Assembly: GCA_943326825.2 (NCBI GenBank)
Contig: CALPUT020000001.1
Coordinates: forward strand, 1-58,771
Direction of reading: 5' to 3'
From: Chryseobacterium gleum
GTDB taxonomy: Bacteria > Bacteroidota > Bacteroidia > Flavobacteriales_D > Crocinitomicaceae
DNA: 58,771 nt
The translations under genes and the position numbers were made by a program. Under the pieces are notes generated by a model that worked only from the letters and a program-made list of their open reading frames with translations, did not search any database and had not been told where the DNA came from. Every line of letters begins with the position of its first letter. Positions within the stretch are counted from its first letter, which is position 1. Of this stretch, positions 19,567 to 28,924 are shown one piece after another.

Positions 19567-20901
19567 TTATTCATTTTTCAAAAATGTAAATTTACTAAAT
19601 TCTTCCTCAGTGATATATCTTGACCAACTAAACATACTGAGATGATCTTCATCGATTTTTTCAACATAAGTCCAAATTAGTCCTTTTTCATCTCCAAAAA
19701 GTAACCTTCCAACACAAGTTTCTTCAATAAAAACACCTTTTTTATCAATTACTTTAGATCTGCCTTCTAATATTGTTTGAATTTTATTTTTTGAAAATAG
19801 TTCATTATAATTTGTTGTTGTTTTATTTTTTTCAAAATCTACAATATAATGATGATTGGTTTTATTTATAAAATGATTGTTTTTAGATGTAAATTTTCCA
19901 TCGATAATATCATTTCCAAATACACCAATTTGAGTAGAATTGATAATGTCAATGTCATGTTGTTTTAACCAAGGACCACTTTGTTTCCAAATAATTTTAT
20001 TTTCATTTGGTCGATATAAAAAAATCATATTTCGATTTCTCAAGCTAATGAATAAATCACCTTTTTTCCAATACTTTGAGTTTGATAAAACTGGTTCGAT
20101 ATCATTTATATGGAAATAATCAATATTCCCTTTATTTATATCTTCTGAGCCAGTATTTGTTAGGATTTCTCCAATGTTAATTTTATTTTCAACTAATATT
20201 TCAAAAATTGATTTTTTAAATATTAGTTCACCAGTATTTCCATTGATTTTATAAATACAATCATCATTTAAATCATATTTAATTACATTTTTTTGTGAGC
20301 TATTATCACCACATGTCCAGTAATATATTTGATTTTCTTTCTCAATTGAATGATGTCTTCTCAAACGTGTTTTTTTCCAAATAAAATTAGAGTTTTTATC
20401 TACTTTATACAAACCACCGGCTCCAAATATTATCGACCCATCATTATTTAAAAAAGGGTGATAAATTCTTGTTGAATTTATTGAGAACTCAATTTTTCTA
20501 TTTTTGACAAAGCTATTATTATATTCTGAGATTATTTGGTCGAGTGGAATATTCCATTTATATATTGTTTTACCAGATTTTACACTAACTAATTTGACAA
20601 TTGATTTATCAAGATTTTTGTCCCAAACAGAAATTAAGATATAATCATTTGGGATGTTTTTTCGGTTATAAGTAAATCCATTCTTTAGATTAAATTCATT
20701 TTTAGTTAGAAATTGACATTCGTTTAGATCTTTAAAGTGGTATAGGTTTGAGGGTAAGCTTGCTAAAAAAGTGATTATATCTTTGGATTTTCCATTTACA
20801 GTATTTCCATCCAAATAAACATGTCTTGTAATTCCCATTAATGAAATACCTGCGAAAAAACAAATCCAAAAATAAAATAAATATTTAACAAGTTTTTTCA
20901 T
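19567..20901 (-). CDS. Exported arylsulfotransferase (ASST)-like beta-propeller protein
   Basis: N-terminal signal anchor. DYFHINDIEP...GDLFISLRNRNMIFLYRP..NKIIWKQSGPWLKQHDIDII matches the ASST-family pattern H.ND...iS.R....i..i......W......QHD from memory. Confidence 0.5.
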   Translation of the reverse strand: MKKLVKYLFYFWICFFAGISLMGITRHVYLDGNTVNGKSKDIITFLASLPSNLYHFKDLNECQFLTKNEFNLKNGFTYNRKNIPNDYILISVWDKNLDKSIVKLVSVKSGKTIYKWNIPLDQIISEYNNSFVKNRKIEFSINSTRIYHPFLNNDGSIIFGAGGLYKVDKNSNFIWKKTRLRRHHSIEKENQIYYWTCGDNSSQKNVIKYDLNDDCIYKINGNTGELIFKKSIFEILVENKINIGEILTNTGSEDINKGNIDYFHINDIEPVLSNSKYWKKGDLFISLRNRNMIFLYRPNENKIIWKQSGPWLKQHDIDIINSTQIGVFGNDIIDGKFTSKNNHFINKTNHHYIVDFEKNKTTTNYNELFSKNKIQTILEGRSKVIDKKGVFIEETCVGRLLFGDEKGLIWTYVEKIDEDHLSMFSWSRYITEEEFSKFTFLKNE

Positions 20902-20945
20902 TGTTTGAGAACACCTTTTAGTAAATGTAAAGATATTACTTTAAA

Positions 20946-20969
20946 CTAAAAAAGGGGCCAAAGCCCCTT
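20946..20969 (-). terminator. Terminator of mdh
   Basis: Minus-strand AAGGGGC-TTTG-GCCCCTT followed by TTTTT. Confidence 0.75.
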
Positions 20970-20993
20970 AATTATTATTATTTTAATCAAAGA

Positions 20994-21935
20994 TTATGCA
21001 TTAATTAAGTTCATACCGTCTAAAACATTCATAACGTCTTTAACAGCTTTAGCAGACTCATCTAATAATGCTTTTTCTTCAGCATTTAAATCTAATTCAA
21101 TGATTTTTTCGATACCATTTTTCCCTAATACTACAGGAACTCCTAAGTAAATATCTTTTAATCCGTATTCACCTGTTAACCAAGCACAAACTGGGAAAAT
21201 TCTTTTTTGATCTCTAACGATAGCTTCAACCATCTGAGCAGCAGCAGCTCCTGGAGCATACCAAGCAGAAGTTCCTAATAATTTAACGATTTCACCACCA
21301 CCAAATTTAGTTCTCTCGATGATTTCGTTTAATTTTTCTTCAGAAATTAATTCTGTTACCGGAATACCAGCAACAGTCGTATATCTTGGAAGTGGAACCA
21401 TAGTGTCACCATGACCACCCATTAATACTGCTTGGATATCTTTTGGAGATACGTTTAATTCTGTTGCTAAAAATGCACGGTAACGAGCTGTGTCTAATAC
21501 ACCAGCCATTCCAAATACGTTTTTTGAATCAACTTTAGCTGTTAAATATGCACAATAAGTCATAACGTCTAAAGGATTAGAAACGATAATGATTTTAGCA
21601 TTTGGAGAATACTTAACGATATTTTCTGTTACAGATTTTACAATACCTGCATTTGTAGCGATAAGGTCATCACGAGACATTCCAGGTTTTCTTGGTAAAC
21701 CAGAAGTAATAACTACTACATCAGAATCTGCAGTTTTTGAATAATCATTAGTTGAACCAACAGTTCTTGAATCGTAAAGACCGATTGGAGAAGACTGCCA
21801 AATATCTAAAGCTTTACCTTCAGCAAATCCATCTTTAATGTCAAGCAAAACGATTTCGTTTGCAATCTCTCTATGAGCTAAAACATCAGCGCAAGTTGCT
21901 CCAACGTTTCCAGCACCTACTACAGTTACTTTCAT
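20994..21935 (-). CDS. mdh: Malate dehydrogenase
   Basis: MKVTVVGAGNVGATCA...GLPRKPGMSRDDL...GGHGD. Confidence 0.95.
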   Translation of the reverse strand: MKVTVVGAGNVGATCADVLAHREIANEIVLLDIKDGFAEGKALDIWQSSPIGLYDSRTVGSTNDYSKTADSDVVVITSGLPRKPGMSRDDLIATNAGIVKSVTENIVKYSPNAKIIIVSNPLDVMTYCAYLTAKVDSKNVFGMAGVLDTARYRAFLATELNVSPKDIQAVLMGGHGDTMVPLPRYTTVAGIPVTELISEEKLNEIIERTKFGGGEIVKLLGTSAWYAPGAAAAQMVEAIVRDQKRIFPVCAWLTGEYGLKDIYLGVPVVLGKNGIEKIIELDLNAEEKALLDESAKAVKDVMNVLDGMNLINA

Positions 21936-22094
21936 GTGTTTAATTTATTACTTGATTTTTTAATTCAAAATATCGATTACGAAGTTAAACATTTTGTAGT
22001 ATTTGTAGTATAATTGTGTGTAATTATTTATAAAAAGTTAAAATATTACTTTTTTTAGGCAACCAACAATTATTGTTTGCGTTTGTAATATATA

Positions 22095-22673
22095 TTGATT
22101 GTGGAAAATAAAGAGAAGCTAAAAGAGATTATTGCAGGTTGCTTACAGAACAAACGTAAAGCACAGCAAGAGTTATTTCAGTTTTTTTATGGACGAATGT
22201 TAACTGTTTGTTTGAGATACACAAACGACAGAGATACAGCACAAGAAGTATTACAAGAAGGATTCATCAAGGTCTTTGAAAAGTTAAATACGTTTGATTA
22301 TAATGGTTCATTTGAAGGTTGGGTAAGAAGAATTTTTGTAAATACTTCGATTGATTATATCCGAAAATCTAAAAAAGATCCATTTTTAACAGATAATGAT
22401 AATGATTTTAAATTAGGTGCTGAAAACTTAATGGAAGATCAGGAGGAAATGGAAGTTGTTAATTTGAAAGCAGAAATTGCTTTGGATGCTATACAACAAC
22501 TTTCTCCAGCTTATAGATCTGTTTTTAATCTTTACGTTTTAGAGGATTATTCACACAAAGAAATCGCTGAAATATTAGGGATAAGTGAGGGGACTTCTAA
22601 ATCAAACTTATCAAAAGCGAAGGTGAATCTTCAAAAAATATTAGAACAAAAATTTGCTAACATACGAGAATGA
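22095..22673 (+). CDS. ECF-type RNA polymerase sigma-70 family factor
   Basis: Region 2 (FVNTSIDYIRK) and region 4 (Y.EIAEILGISEGTSKSNLSKA). TTG start, with GTG at 22101 as an alternative. Confidence 0.85.
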   Translation: MIVENKEKLKEIIAGCLQNKRKAQQELFQFFYGRMLTVCLRYTNDRDTAQEVLQEGFIKVFEKLNTFDYNGSFEGWVRRIFVNTSIDYIRKSKKDPFLTDNDNDFKLGAENLMEDQEEMEVVNLKAEIALDAIQQLSPAYRSVFNLYVLEDYSHKEIAEILGISEGTSKSNLSKAKVNLQKILEQKFANIRE

Positions 22674-23917
22674 ATATGAACTTAGAAAATAACATAAAAC
22701 AAAGCTTAAAAAACTTTGAAATGCCTTATGATCAAAAGGCTTGGGAGGCTCTGAGTCAAAAATTAGATGCAAAAATGCCTACAGATAATCCTAATTTTAG
22801 AAAAATCAGCTTTAAGTACTTTGTTGCAGCTGGAGTTCTTTCAGTTGTTGCGATTACTCTTTTGTTAATAAATTATACAAACTCTAATGAATCAAAATTA
22901 AATGATGTTTCTCAAAATGGAAAAACAATTCAAATTCAACCAACTAATACTATTGAAAAGGTTAATGAACAAGAAATAAAAAATAATAAAACATCAACGA
23001 TATCTGACACATCAGTTACTAAACAAATTAGTAAAGAACACGTTGAAAAAACAGAACTAGAAATAATTAATCAAGATAAATTAAATCAAAATATAGGATT
23101 GGTCTACAAAGCGAGTATTCCTGCTACTTCATCTTTAAAACCTGCATCGACTAAATTTCATATTCCTACCATTCAAGATGTTTGTGTAAATGAAAAATTG
23201 AAAATTGAAAATACAAATAATGAAAATTTAATAATTATTGCACCTAATAAAAAGCAAACAATTGTTGAATCAAACAAAGCATTAAATTTCATTCCAACTG
23301 CTGAAGGCGAATATCAAATAGCTCATATTGTGAATGAAAAACTTATTGTCGAAACTTATTTTAACGTAAAAGCAAATCAAACAGCTGAGTTTATTATTGA
23401 TAATGAAAATTCTTTTAACGAGAAAGAATTGCCAACAGTTGTTTTGAAATCGACCTCAGTTGGTAATGACTATAATTGGATGATTGATGGTAAACTATTA
23501 AATTCTAATTCAAAAGAAATAGAAGCGTATTTATATAAAAAAGGTAATTACACTGCGACTTTAATTCTGACACATCAAAATGGATGTAAGTCAAAAGAAT
23601 CTAAATCGATTCGAATAGTAAAAGATTATAATTTATTGGCAGTAGATGCATTTGAACCAATGAGTTCTAATTCAAAGTTGAATTCATTTATTCCATTTGC
23701 ACTTACTAAAAGAGATGTTCGTTTTACAATGATTATTTATGATGTAAATGGAAATCAAGTATATAAAACAAGTGATGCAAATGAACCTTGGAATGGTTTT
23801 GATTCTAGAACAAATGAAACAGTTAAATCTGGATCAATGTATGTATGGAAAGTAATGATTGATAATCCGGAAGAAGGCGAAAAAGGTCAATACGGAGGAA
23901 GTGTGATTATAAGATAA
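22670..23917 (+). CDS. Putative anti-sigma-like single-pass membrane protein with a T9SS type-B (CHU_C)-like C-terminal domain
   Basis: ATGA overlap with the sigma gene. TM helix YFVAAGVLSVVAITLLLINY at about aa 50-70. The last 90 or so aa follow the pattern F.P......F...IYD..GN.VY....W.G......G.Y.W.......G.V...R. Confidence 0.5.
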   Translation: MNMNLENNIKQSLKNFEMPYDQKAWEALSQKLDAKMPTDNPNFRKISFKYFVAAGVLSVVAITLLLINYTNSNESKLNDVSQNGKTIQIQPTNTIEKVNEQEIKNNKTSTISDTSVTKQISKEHVEKTELEIINQDKLNQNIGLVYKASIPATSSLKPASTKFHIPTIQDVCVNEKLKIENTNNENLIIIAPNKKQTIVESNKALNFIPTAEGEYQIAHIVNEKLIVETYFNVKANQTAEFIIDNENSFNEKELPTVVLKSTSVGNDYNWMIDGKLLNSNSKEIEAYLYKKGNYTATLILTHQNGCKSKESKSIRIVKDYNLLAVDAFEPMSSNSKLNSFIPFALTKRDVRFTMIIYDVNGNQVYKTSDANEPWNGFDSRTNETVKSGSMYVWKVMIDNPEEGEKGQYGGSVIIR

Positions 23918-24857
23918 TTTCAGGATTTGAATTTTTAAATTCGACTAATTTAGCTTCTAACTTCATTCTGGTTTCAATTGTTTCTTTTGATTCAGAATGT
24001 AAGTACTTATGAGATATTTGTTTTTTTAAAGTATTGATTTCATTTACTAATGAATTTGTTTTTATATCAAAAAAACCATATTTAATCTTACTCCAAATAT
24101 ATTCTACAGCTTCATCTGACGGATGTATTAAATCTGACTTAAAGAAGCGATAATCTCTCAATTCATCAATCATGATTTCATATGAAGGAAAGTAATTCGA
24201 ATTTACATTTTCATTAATTTGTCTAATAGATTCAATTAGAATTGATTTACTTTGATTATTTTCAATTAATCCATCTTTAATATGTCTTACAGGACTTACT
24301 GTAAAAATGATTTGAATAGTTGGGTTTACTTGCCTAATTTGTTCGATTGTATTTTCCCATCTACTTACGATCAAATCAATAGGTGAAAGCTCCTTCCTAA
24401 AGTGATTTGAAGGCATTTTATGACAATTTGCAACTAAACCTGTATTATCAGTTGTATCATTTAGTATATATCCCCAAGCTGAACCAAAGGTAATAAATAT
24501 TGTATGTGATGATTTTAGCCAATCTAGGAAATTACATCTGATTTCACTAAGTTTTTTATTGAAATCATTAATATCGAAATCATAAATCAAACTGCTTGCA
24601 TCCCAACTTAGAAAAATATCTTTTCGTTGGAAAATCCGCTCAGATGTTTGATTTGTATCGATACAATTATCTATGAATTTACTTAATAAAATTGGATTGA
24701 AAATAGTACCAAAAGGATTCGCTAATGTTTTAAATCCATGATAGCTAAATTTTGAACTTATTTCATCAGAAAAGCAACTTCCTAAAAATAATACTTGTTT
24801 TTCATGATTGATATAATGATAGGATTTTTTATGTTCAAAATTTAATTTAAAATCCAT
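23907..24857 (-). CDS. GSCFA-domain protein
   Basis: Eponymous LGSCFSDEI motif near the N-terminus, 316 aa. Confidence 0.75.
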   Translation of the reverse strand: MDFKLNFEHKKSYHYINHEKQVLFLGSCFSDEISSKFSYHGFKTLANPFGTIFNPILLSKFIDNCIDTNQTSERIFQRKDIFLSWDASSLIYDFDINDFNKKLSEIRCNFLDWLKSSHTIFITFGSAWGYILNDTTDNTGLVANCHKMPSNHFRKELSPIDLIVSRWENTIEQIRQVNPTIQIIFTVSPVRHIKDGLIENNQSKSILIESIRQINENVNSNYFPSYEIMIDELRDYRFFKSDLIHPSDEAVEYIWSKIKYGFFDIKTNSLVNEINTLKKQISHKYLHSESKETIETRMKLEAKLVEFKNSNPEIIL

Positions 24858-24860
24858 TTT

Positions 24861-26231
24861 TTAAAAGAATTTATTACGTCTAATAATATGATCAATAGGT
24901 ATATGAATCGTACCAAACATTTCATGTGAACTTAACGAATCTATAGCAAAACCAATTTTAGTGCCTTTTTGTGACCAAATCCCATGATTTTTATTACTCA
25001 TTACTTGTTTTGGATAACTCTCTCCTGAAAAAAACAATAGTGAATTAGTTTTTTTTACGAATGATAGAGGGGGAGATGCTAAAAATTGAAAATGATTTTG
25101 ATGTTTAGTTAGAATTCCTTTTGCAAATAATTTGTTAATCAAATTTGTTGAATTTTGATTAACAGAAAGTAATAATGAAAAACCAGGTATTTTTTCTTCT
25201 TTAACACTCTTAACTTCTGTGACATTGAATTCTTCATCCATTACTGACTCAATATAAGTTTCATGAAGTATTGCTATTCCACCTTGTGTAAAACATAAAT
25301 CGCCTTCCCAAGCATCTAAAAACTCTTTCGTTGGAAAACTAATTTTCTTACCTAGATTAACTAAGAATTTGTGTATAGGATCATTATTAGCATTTCTCAA
25401 TTTCGAAATATCAATATGAATGTTTAATTGTTTGACAACAGAATTTGATGAAGACAACTCAATTCCGGGTTTCTTCAGTTTAATATTTAAAGGTTTTTTG
25501 TTCTTGAAATAAGATAATAGACTAAAACTAGAAGAATCACTATTATGAGCAAACAGAGCAGTTTCTAGCCCTTGATCTTTTAATTTTTTCCAATTTGAAT
25601 AAATAACTAATTTTTCATCTTTAAAATGTTTTTCTTTTAGGAATGCTTTCCAACATTTTTTAATACCACCTTTTTTTGCATTTAAGATGTGATTGTAGTT
25701 TTTTGAAAATTCTGTTCCCTTGTATAGAAAAAGCCAATTTTTATCATACGTCAAATACCCTTTTTCTTTCGTGTATTTATAAACTTTTTGTTCATTCCAA
25801 AGTGTGTCTTTAATATCTATGAATTTGCTAATTCGTTGTATTCCTGGAAGTACCTTGCTGCTATCGGTTACTTCTAACATTATTCCCCAATTTCCATTTT
25901 CATTTGCGAAAATATAAATAGGTTTTTGAAGATTCAAACCATAACTTTTCCCTTGACCTAGTAAGAATTCATAAGAGAATAAGTCTCTAAAAGGGACTTT
26001 GTGATAAAACAACATTTCATTTGTTTCTTTAGCAACATCAAGAATATAGCAACGTCCTAAAAAGTCAGCTTCAGGCAGCCTGTCTTCTATCGAAGGTTTT
26101 TCGTAGAAGCCATTAAAGTATGGTCTCAAAAAAAGAATACTTGCTAAAGTAGTCGCAAGAATAATTAAGAAAGTTGTTTTACGAAGAAAGATCTTAATTC
26201 TCCTTCGTAAGTTTTTACTTAGAAATGACAT
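24861..26231 (-). CDS. N-terminally membrane-anchored hypothetical protein
   Basis: Basic N-terminus plus the TM helix FLIILATTLASILFL. Packed tightly with its neighbours: 17-nt overlap upstream, 3-nt gap downstream. Confidence 0.5.
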   Translation of the reverse strand: MSFLSKNLRRRIKIFLRKTTFLIILATTLASILFLRPYFNGFYEKPSIEDRLPEADFLGRCYILDVAKETNEMLFYHKVPFRDLFSYEFLLGQGKSYGLNLQKPIYIFANENGNWGIMLEVTDSSKVLPGIQRISKFIDIKDTLWNEQKVYKYTKEKGYLTYDKNWLFLYKGTEFSKNYNHILNAKKGGIKKCWKAFLKEKHFKDEKLVIYSNWKKLKDQGLETALFAHNSDSSSFSLLSYFKNKKPLNIKLKKPGIELSSSNSVVKQLNIHIDISKLRNANNDPIHKFLVNLGKKISFPTKEFLDAWEGDLCFTQGGIAILHETYIESVMDEEFNVTEVKSVKEEKIPGFSLLLSVNQNSTNLINKLFAKGILTKHQNHFQFLASPPLSFVKKTNSLLFFSGESYPKQVMSNKNHGIWSQKGTKIGFAIDSLSSHEMFGTIHIPIDHIIRRNKFF

Positions 26232-28119
26232 AAATGCTATTTATCAAATCAAGAATATATTTGCCAGAATTTTCATATTGTCCAGTAAATCCATAAGTGA
26301 TGTCAAAAGAAGTGTTTTTGATCGTTGTCTTAGAAGATGTCAATTCCATTACACCTGTTTTTCCTCTCATAGCATCTAATAGATCATTTTGTTCACTCGT
26401 AAACATTCCCCTTGGTAATTTATCTATAACTTTGCTCCAATCAATATAAGCGTATGCAAATCCACTTTTTTTATTCTTTTTAGCAATATCTCCAGATAAC
26501 GCTTCTTTACCATATCCATTAGAATGATTTTTTGCCATATCCTCATCATTTGTAAATATGAATAAACCATTTTTATTTATCATATAAAGAGGAACTGATT
26601 CAAGTATTACATTATCAAATTTCCAATAGTTTCCATAGTTTTTACATTGAGACGTAATTCTTGAAATATGATTTAATATTAATTCTGGAATATCTTTTCG
26701 ATCAGTTGATACACCTATGGCAAATAGTGGCATATCAACCTCTTGTTCAACTTCTTTTTCTTCATAATTTAAATTTTCATCATAAGTATATTCAATTTTT
26801 GTTGTTTTCACTTTTTTTATTCCATTAAAAGTTCCGAAAACACTTCCCTTGTATGTACCAAATAATGCATCTTTATCAACGAATTCATTTAATAATTCAA
26901 GAGTTAATAGTGTAGAAGAAACACGTGCATTCTTCTCTTTTTGTAATATTGGGATAATGATTTTATAAGCCTGCTCATATGCTTCTTTTAAATTGACATT
27001 GTAAGTGAAATGAGCAGAATTATTCTGAGGTATGTATTTGAATACATTTTTATCAAATTTGGCATTGTTCATTTTTTGATAAATTGAACCAAGAGCTTGA
27101 CCGTAATTAGCCGTTAATTTTAATTCGATATTATTTTCATTCAAATAAATGTCACCAAGCATTATATTTCCTGTATAAAGGGCATTGAATTCTTCGTACA
27201 TACTTGGGAACATTGATTGGAAATACCAAAATCCTTGAGCTTTCTTGAAATTTCTTGAATTGTCTAAGTAGAAAATACCTTCTGTTTGATGAGTTAATTG
27301 ATCAGCAAAACTAGAATCTTGATTTTTTAGGTTTATGTTTTTAGTGAAAAGTTCATCGCAAATTTCAAATAGGTATTGACGTTGGAATTCTAATTGAATG
27401 CTATCTCTTAATTCTGAATAATTTTTTTGTCCCGGATCTTCAACTACAACAGGATATTCAGGTTCATTGAATTCCAAACCTTCAGTGTCTTGTTTTATCT
27501 CTTCATTATTGTCTTCATCAAATTCTTTTTCATCAAGAACTTCCTCTTCTATACCAAAGCCTTCTTCATCTATTATCAAAGTATTTCCTCTAGCAATCCA
27601 AACAGAATCTGTGTATTTACTTATTTTTTCTTCTGTAGGATCTACACGAATCAAAACTCCGACATTTCCTTTAATTAATAAGTGGTTGAAATATGAATTG
27701 TAATATTCTACACCAGGTATTTGACTGTCGACTAAATCAAAATCATCAAAAGTTGAAAATAACTGTTTTTTACTTTTAATTCCAAATGTAAATCCAGATA
27801 CTTCAAAATCTTTTCCTCTTCCATAAAATACATTTAATTTAGAATCAAAATCAATACCTGAATCTTTTAACGTTTTACCTGAAGTAGAACCATCAAACAA
27901 TTCAGATTGAACCTCTTCCATAAATTCATAACGGACCAATTCGTCCATTGAAATTTTTTGAAGTATAGAAATATTATTTAAACTGAAAACTGTAACGGCT
28001 TCTTTAGGAATAAAATCCTCAGAACGTTGATTAAACGCATAAAATGAAGTGAGTACAAATACAATTGTAAAAAGTACTTGATTGAATGATTTAATATATA
28101 TTATTGAATGTTTTTCCAT
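26215..28119 (-). CDS. Exported or membrane-anchored hypothetical protein with an internal acidic stretch (possibly DUF4836/DUF3352-like)
   Basis: Hydrophobic N-terminus, the IPKEAVTVFSLNN start typical of those DUF families (from memory), and the acidic run EEEVLDEKEFDEDNNEE. Confidence 0.45.
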   Translation of the reverse strand: MEKHSIIYIKSFNQVLFTIVFVLTSFYAFNQRSEDFIPKEAVTVFSLNNISILQKISMDELVRYEFMEEVQSELFDGSTSGKTLKDSGIDFDSKLNVFYGRGKDFEVSGFTFGIKSKKQLFSTFDDFDLVDSQIPGVEYYNSYFNHLLIKGNVGVLIRVDPTEEKISKYTDSVWIARGNTLIIDEEGFGIEEEVLDEKEFDEDNNEEIKQDTEGLEFNEPEYPVVVEDPGQKNYSELRDSIQLEFQRQYLFEICDELFTKNINLKNQDSSFADQLTHQTEGIFYLDNSRNFKKAQGFWYFQSMFPSMYEEFNALYTGNIMLGDIYLNENNIELKLTANYGQALGSIYQKMNNAKFDKNVFKYIPQNNSAHFTYNVNLKEAYEQAYKIIIPILQKEKNARVSSTLLTLELLNEFVDKDALFGTYKGSVFGTFNGIKKVKTTKIEYTYDENLNYEEKEVEQEVDMPLFAIGVSTDRKDIPELILNHISRITSQCKNYGNYWKFDNVILESVPLYMINKNGLFIFTNDEDMAKNHSNGYGKEALSGDIAKKNKKSGFAYAYIDWSKVIDKLPRGMFTSEQNDLLDAMRGKTGVMELTSSKTTIKNTSFDITYGFTGQYENSGKYILDLINSIYVISK

Positions 28120-28139
28120 GAAAAGTGAATGCTTAAAAT

Positions 28140-28823
28140 CTAATCTTTTTTCAAAGGACTAAGATAGATTGTATTTTCTAATAAATTGATGTTTTGTAAT
28201 AAAGAATAGGTATTAGTTTGAAGCATTATCGCTAATTTACTTGGCGCTAATTTAGCATTTATATTTAGTGATTTTTCAATCGGACGATCAAAACGAGTTA
28301 CAGATGTATACTTTCCTTGTTTTAATCGTTCAATTTCATTTTCTGTTAAGTTTTTTGACTTATTAATCGTATAATCGGGGATGTTTCGGATCAGTTTCTG
28401 ACCATCCCAAATGATCCAGTTTTCAGATAATTCTTTGATATTGTAATCTAATTTTTCTTCTATGATTACTTGGTGAACAGCATCTTGTAAAGCTGAAACT
28501 GAAGTAAAATCACATTTAATCTTAAAAATATAATCGGTATAATTACTTTCAATCGTTAAATTTGATATGCCAGGTTTTAATTCAAATTTTGATTTAAAAT
28601 GATTTATTTTTTGCTTGATTTCTTCAATAGAAGGTACTTTTTTTCCGTCCAAACTGTCAAGAGCTAAAACAGAATTAATTTTAATTTTGCTTGCACTAAG
28701 GTTTATCGTATATTTAAAAGAACCAGTTCCATCAGAATTCATTGTCAAATCATCAATAATTTCAATGCAAGAACTCATTGAGAATATCGTAATAATCGAA
28801 AGGATGTAAATCATTAATTTCAT
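28140..28823 (-). CDS. Hypothetical lipoprotein
   Basis: Lipobox FSMSSC. First gene of the minus-strand cluster. Confidence 0.55.
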   Translation of the reverse strand: MKLMIYILSIITIFSMSSCIEIIDDLTMNSDGTGSFKYTINLSASKIKINSVLALDSLDGKKVPSIEEIKQKINHFKSKFELKPGISNLTIESNYTDYIFKIKCDFTSVSALQDAVHQVIIEEKLDYNIKELSENWIIWDGQKLIRNIPDYTINKSKNLTENEIERLKQGKYTSVTRFDRPIEKSLNINAKLAPSKLAIMLQTNTYSLLQNINLLENTIYLSPLKKD

Positions 28824-28924
28824 AAGTACAAATTTAGCTAAAAGGAAGTTTCAAAAACAATACCAAGAAAATTTAGTTTTTCTTAACATATCAACATTCA
28901 GTATGAATTTCTTATTTTTGAAAT

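Noticed and set aside
27427-27703. Two overlapping plus-strand ORFs (83 and 78 aa) inside the 634-aa gene
   Set aside because: They are antisense to the acidic (GAA/GAT-rich) stretch, which yields Phe/Ser-rich nonsense. There is no start context.
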